Shown here one piece after another: positions 61,183 through 64,000 of a DNA stretch of 64,000 nt. Source of the DNA: Azolla caroliniana (lineage: Eukaryota; Plantae; Polypodiophyta). The notes under the pieces were generated by a model. The model did no database searches. It had not been told where the DNA came from and worked only from the letters and a program-made list of their open reading frames with translations. The first letter of the stretch is position 1. The number at the start of each line of letters is the position of its first letter. The stretch is taken from contig JBHGNT010000009.1 of NCBI GenBank assembly GCA_043228905.1, positions 11,842,001-11,906,000 on the forward strand, written 5' to 3'. The translations under genes were made by a program, and so were the position numbers.

Positions 61183-64000
61183 CACAGTTACGCGCTCTAA
61201 TCTTGCACCAACAAGAATAACAACAAACTAATGTTTGCCCTAAGTCATATTTATACTGATATGACTTTTCGGCTATTTACAAATATAGCCCCGATGGACT
61301 CTCAAAAACATATTTACGAATATGTCCCTTCATCCGGTGAACACTCCTCACTGGGCCTGCATCATCCGGCGCTTGTCGGGCACACGTCATCCGGTTCTCA
61401 CCGGGTCTTCCGTTGTCGGGTACTCCACATCCGGTTCTCATCGGGTCTTCACCATCCGGTTCTTGCCGGGTACTTGTCATCCGGTTCTCACTGGGTCTTC
61501 CGTAGCTGGGTACTCATCATCCGGTTTCGGCCTCGGCTGAGTTTGCTCATCGACAGTATTCTTCTCACTTCCCATCCGGAGGAACTTGTTTCCTAACAAA
61601 CTCCCCCTTCATTCTGGCATGGGATGTCCTACTAGTCCGATCCACTCCGACATGCATTCAACTTGTCGGGTATCAGCACTTTGGTCAGCATATCTGACCC
61701 GTTCTCCGTCGTGTGGATCTTCGTCAGCGCGAACTCTGGATCTTCTACTCGCTCCCGGATCCAGTGGTACCTACGCTGGATGTGCTTCGTCCTGGAATGG
61801 TACGCTGCGTTCTTAGCAAGGTCGATGGCACTTTGATTGTCGCAATAGAGCCGGCATTCATCTTGTCGGATACCGAGCTCTCCATAATATTTCCTTGCCG
61901 GCTTCCATAGCCGCCATGTACTCCGCTCCGCCTCCGTGGTTGACAATGCAACCGTCTTCGGCAGCCTCGACTGCCACGAAATAGCTCCCCTTGCATACGT
62001 CATTACATACCCAGATGTAGACCGACTGGTATTCACATCAGCCGACATGTCCAAATCGGTGAAACCGTCAAGTTGAGGTTTACCGGAGCCGAATCGGAGA
62101 CACATATTCGAAGTGCCCTTCAGGTACCAGAGTATCCATTTGACCGCGTTCCAGTGCTCCTTGTTGGGATTGCTCATAAACCGGCTCACCCTCCGACTGC
62201 GTATCCTATATCCGGTCGGGTACACACCATTGCGTACATTAAGCTCCCGACGACAGAGGCATATGGAACCTTCATCATATCAGCCTTCTCTGCTTTCGTC
62301 TTCGGGCTTTGCTTACCGGATAATTTGCAGTTTGCCGGGAGTGTCGATCCGACCGATTTCGCTTCTAACATGTTGAACCACTAAAGCACCTTTGTCACGT
62401 ATTTCTCCAGTGACAACCACAATTGCTTCTTTGACCGGTCCCGGATGATGTGCATCCCCAGCATCTGTCTTGCCCAACCCAAGTCTTTTATTGCGAAAGT
62501 TCGGTTGAGAGCCTTATTCAGCATCCGTATTCTGGCTTGGTCCCGTCCGACGATCAACATGTCGTCCACGTACAGAAGGAGTATCAGGAAGACGCCTCCT
62601 TCGAACTTCTTCACAAACACCCAGTGATCGGCATGCGTCTTGTGGTACCCTTGATCTGTCATGAAGGAGTCAAACTTCTGGTACCATTATCGGGGAGCCC
62701 GCTTCAGTCTGTACAAGCTCTTCTTCAACTGGCAAACCAGGTGCTCCTTCCCTTTCTCCACGAATCCTTCCGGTTGCTGCATGTAGATCTCCTCTTCGAG
62801 GTCACCGTGAAGGAATGTCGTCTTCACGTCTAGCTGCTCTACCTCGAGGTCCATGCTTGCCGCTATACTCAGCACCGTCCGGATGGAGGTCATCTTTACT
62901 ACCGGGGCAAATATCTCGTCGAAGTCCACGCCCTTCTTCTGCTAGAACCCCTTCACCACGATCCTGGCTTTGTATCTCAGGGGGTTGCCGACATCTCCCG
63001 GTTTCAACTTGTACACCCACTTATTTTGGAGTGCCTGCTTTCCTTTCGGCAACTCCACCAATTCGTATGTACGGTTCTCATGCAGGGAATCCATCTCATC
63101 CTGCATGGCACTTAACCATTTGCGGCTGTGGGTGTCATCCTTCGCTTCTTCGAAGCTTTCTGGCTCCCCCTCATCGGTTAGCAGCACATGCTCTGCATCC
63201 GGCAATCTCCGGGGGGGCCTTCTCTCTCTGAGAGGATATTTCCGTCTTTGGGCTTCGATAACCGGCTCCTCCATTTGCTCTTCATCCGAATCTGATTCGG
63301 GGTCTTGGCCAGTTCCGTTTTCAGCTTCCTCTACTTCTTCCTCTGCCGGTTCGGTATCCTCACCGTAACCGGCTGGTTCCTCGAGTGCTAACCGGTCTCT
63401 TGCCGGTTGGGTCTGCTCATCATAGAATCGATCCTTACTGGTCGACTCAGAGTTCATTATCTTCTTCTCCAACTCCCAGTCGGCGAGCGTCTTGTCCTCC
63501 ATGAAGATAATATCTCAACTCCGGAATACCTTCTTGTCGACCAGGTCCCACACTCGGTAGCCGAACTCATTGTCACCGTAACCGAGGAATATGCATGGCC
63601 GTGTCTTCGGATCTAGTTTTCCTCTCCGGTCCTTAGCTACATGTACATATGCAAGACACCCGAATACCTTCAGATGCCGGTAGGATACTTCCTTACCGGT
63701 CCAGACTCTCTGTGGCGTGTCTCCGTCCAAGGGTACTAACGGTGATTTGTTTATCACATATGTCGCCGTTGACAGTGCCTCAACCCAAAACTTCTTGGGT
63801 AGTTTTGCATGCACCAGCATACTCCGGACCCTCTCCATTATGGTCCGGTTCATCCTCTCGGCCAACCCGTTTAGTTCCGGCGTCTTCGGCACGGTAAATT
63901 CGAGCCGGATTCTCTTCGAGCGACAGTACTCCTCAAACTGCCCCCGGTATTCACCTCCGTTATCTGCTTGAACCGCCTTCAGCTTCCGGCCGGTTTCTCT
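60848..64000 (-). mobile_element. Ty1/copia 3' half (IN-RT-RH) and 3' LTR, running off the window
   Basis: LTR 60848-61598 with PPT at 61601-61612. Motifs: IN PELNGLAERMNRT, RT QLDVKTTFLHG/YVDDML and RH STTEAE/HSRTKHI. Confidence 0.92.

Overview
Eukaryotic, transposon-dense DNA. A non-seed land plant (fern, lycophyte or bryophyte-like) is the most likely source, inferred from the Tcn1-type chromoviruses, plant-type tRNA primer sites and GT-AG splicing. Most of the window is a nest of decayed Ty1/copia, Ty3/gypsy and LINE elements, with a hAT-type MITE and tRNA-derived repeats. Mentally excising the nested retroelements reveals a ~6 kb ancestral unit spread over ~4216-21400. It has a DUF7869/Sola-like transposase gene on the minus strand and a divergent spliced gene on the plus strand encoding a ParB/Sulfiredoxin-like domain. 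The first intron of that gene holds 14 copies of a 31-bp palindrome at a ~51-bp period. This ParB-like protein + palindrome array + transposase module is the top candidate for an undescribed system. Other notable signals are Tf1-like self-priming in three chromovirus copies, antisense tRNA-like A/B boxes in the LTRs of two unrelated gypsy lineages, a candidate -1 frameshift site and one intact, very acidic ORF. All family assignments come from motif recognition by eye; no searches were run, and some boundaries are approximate.
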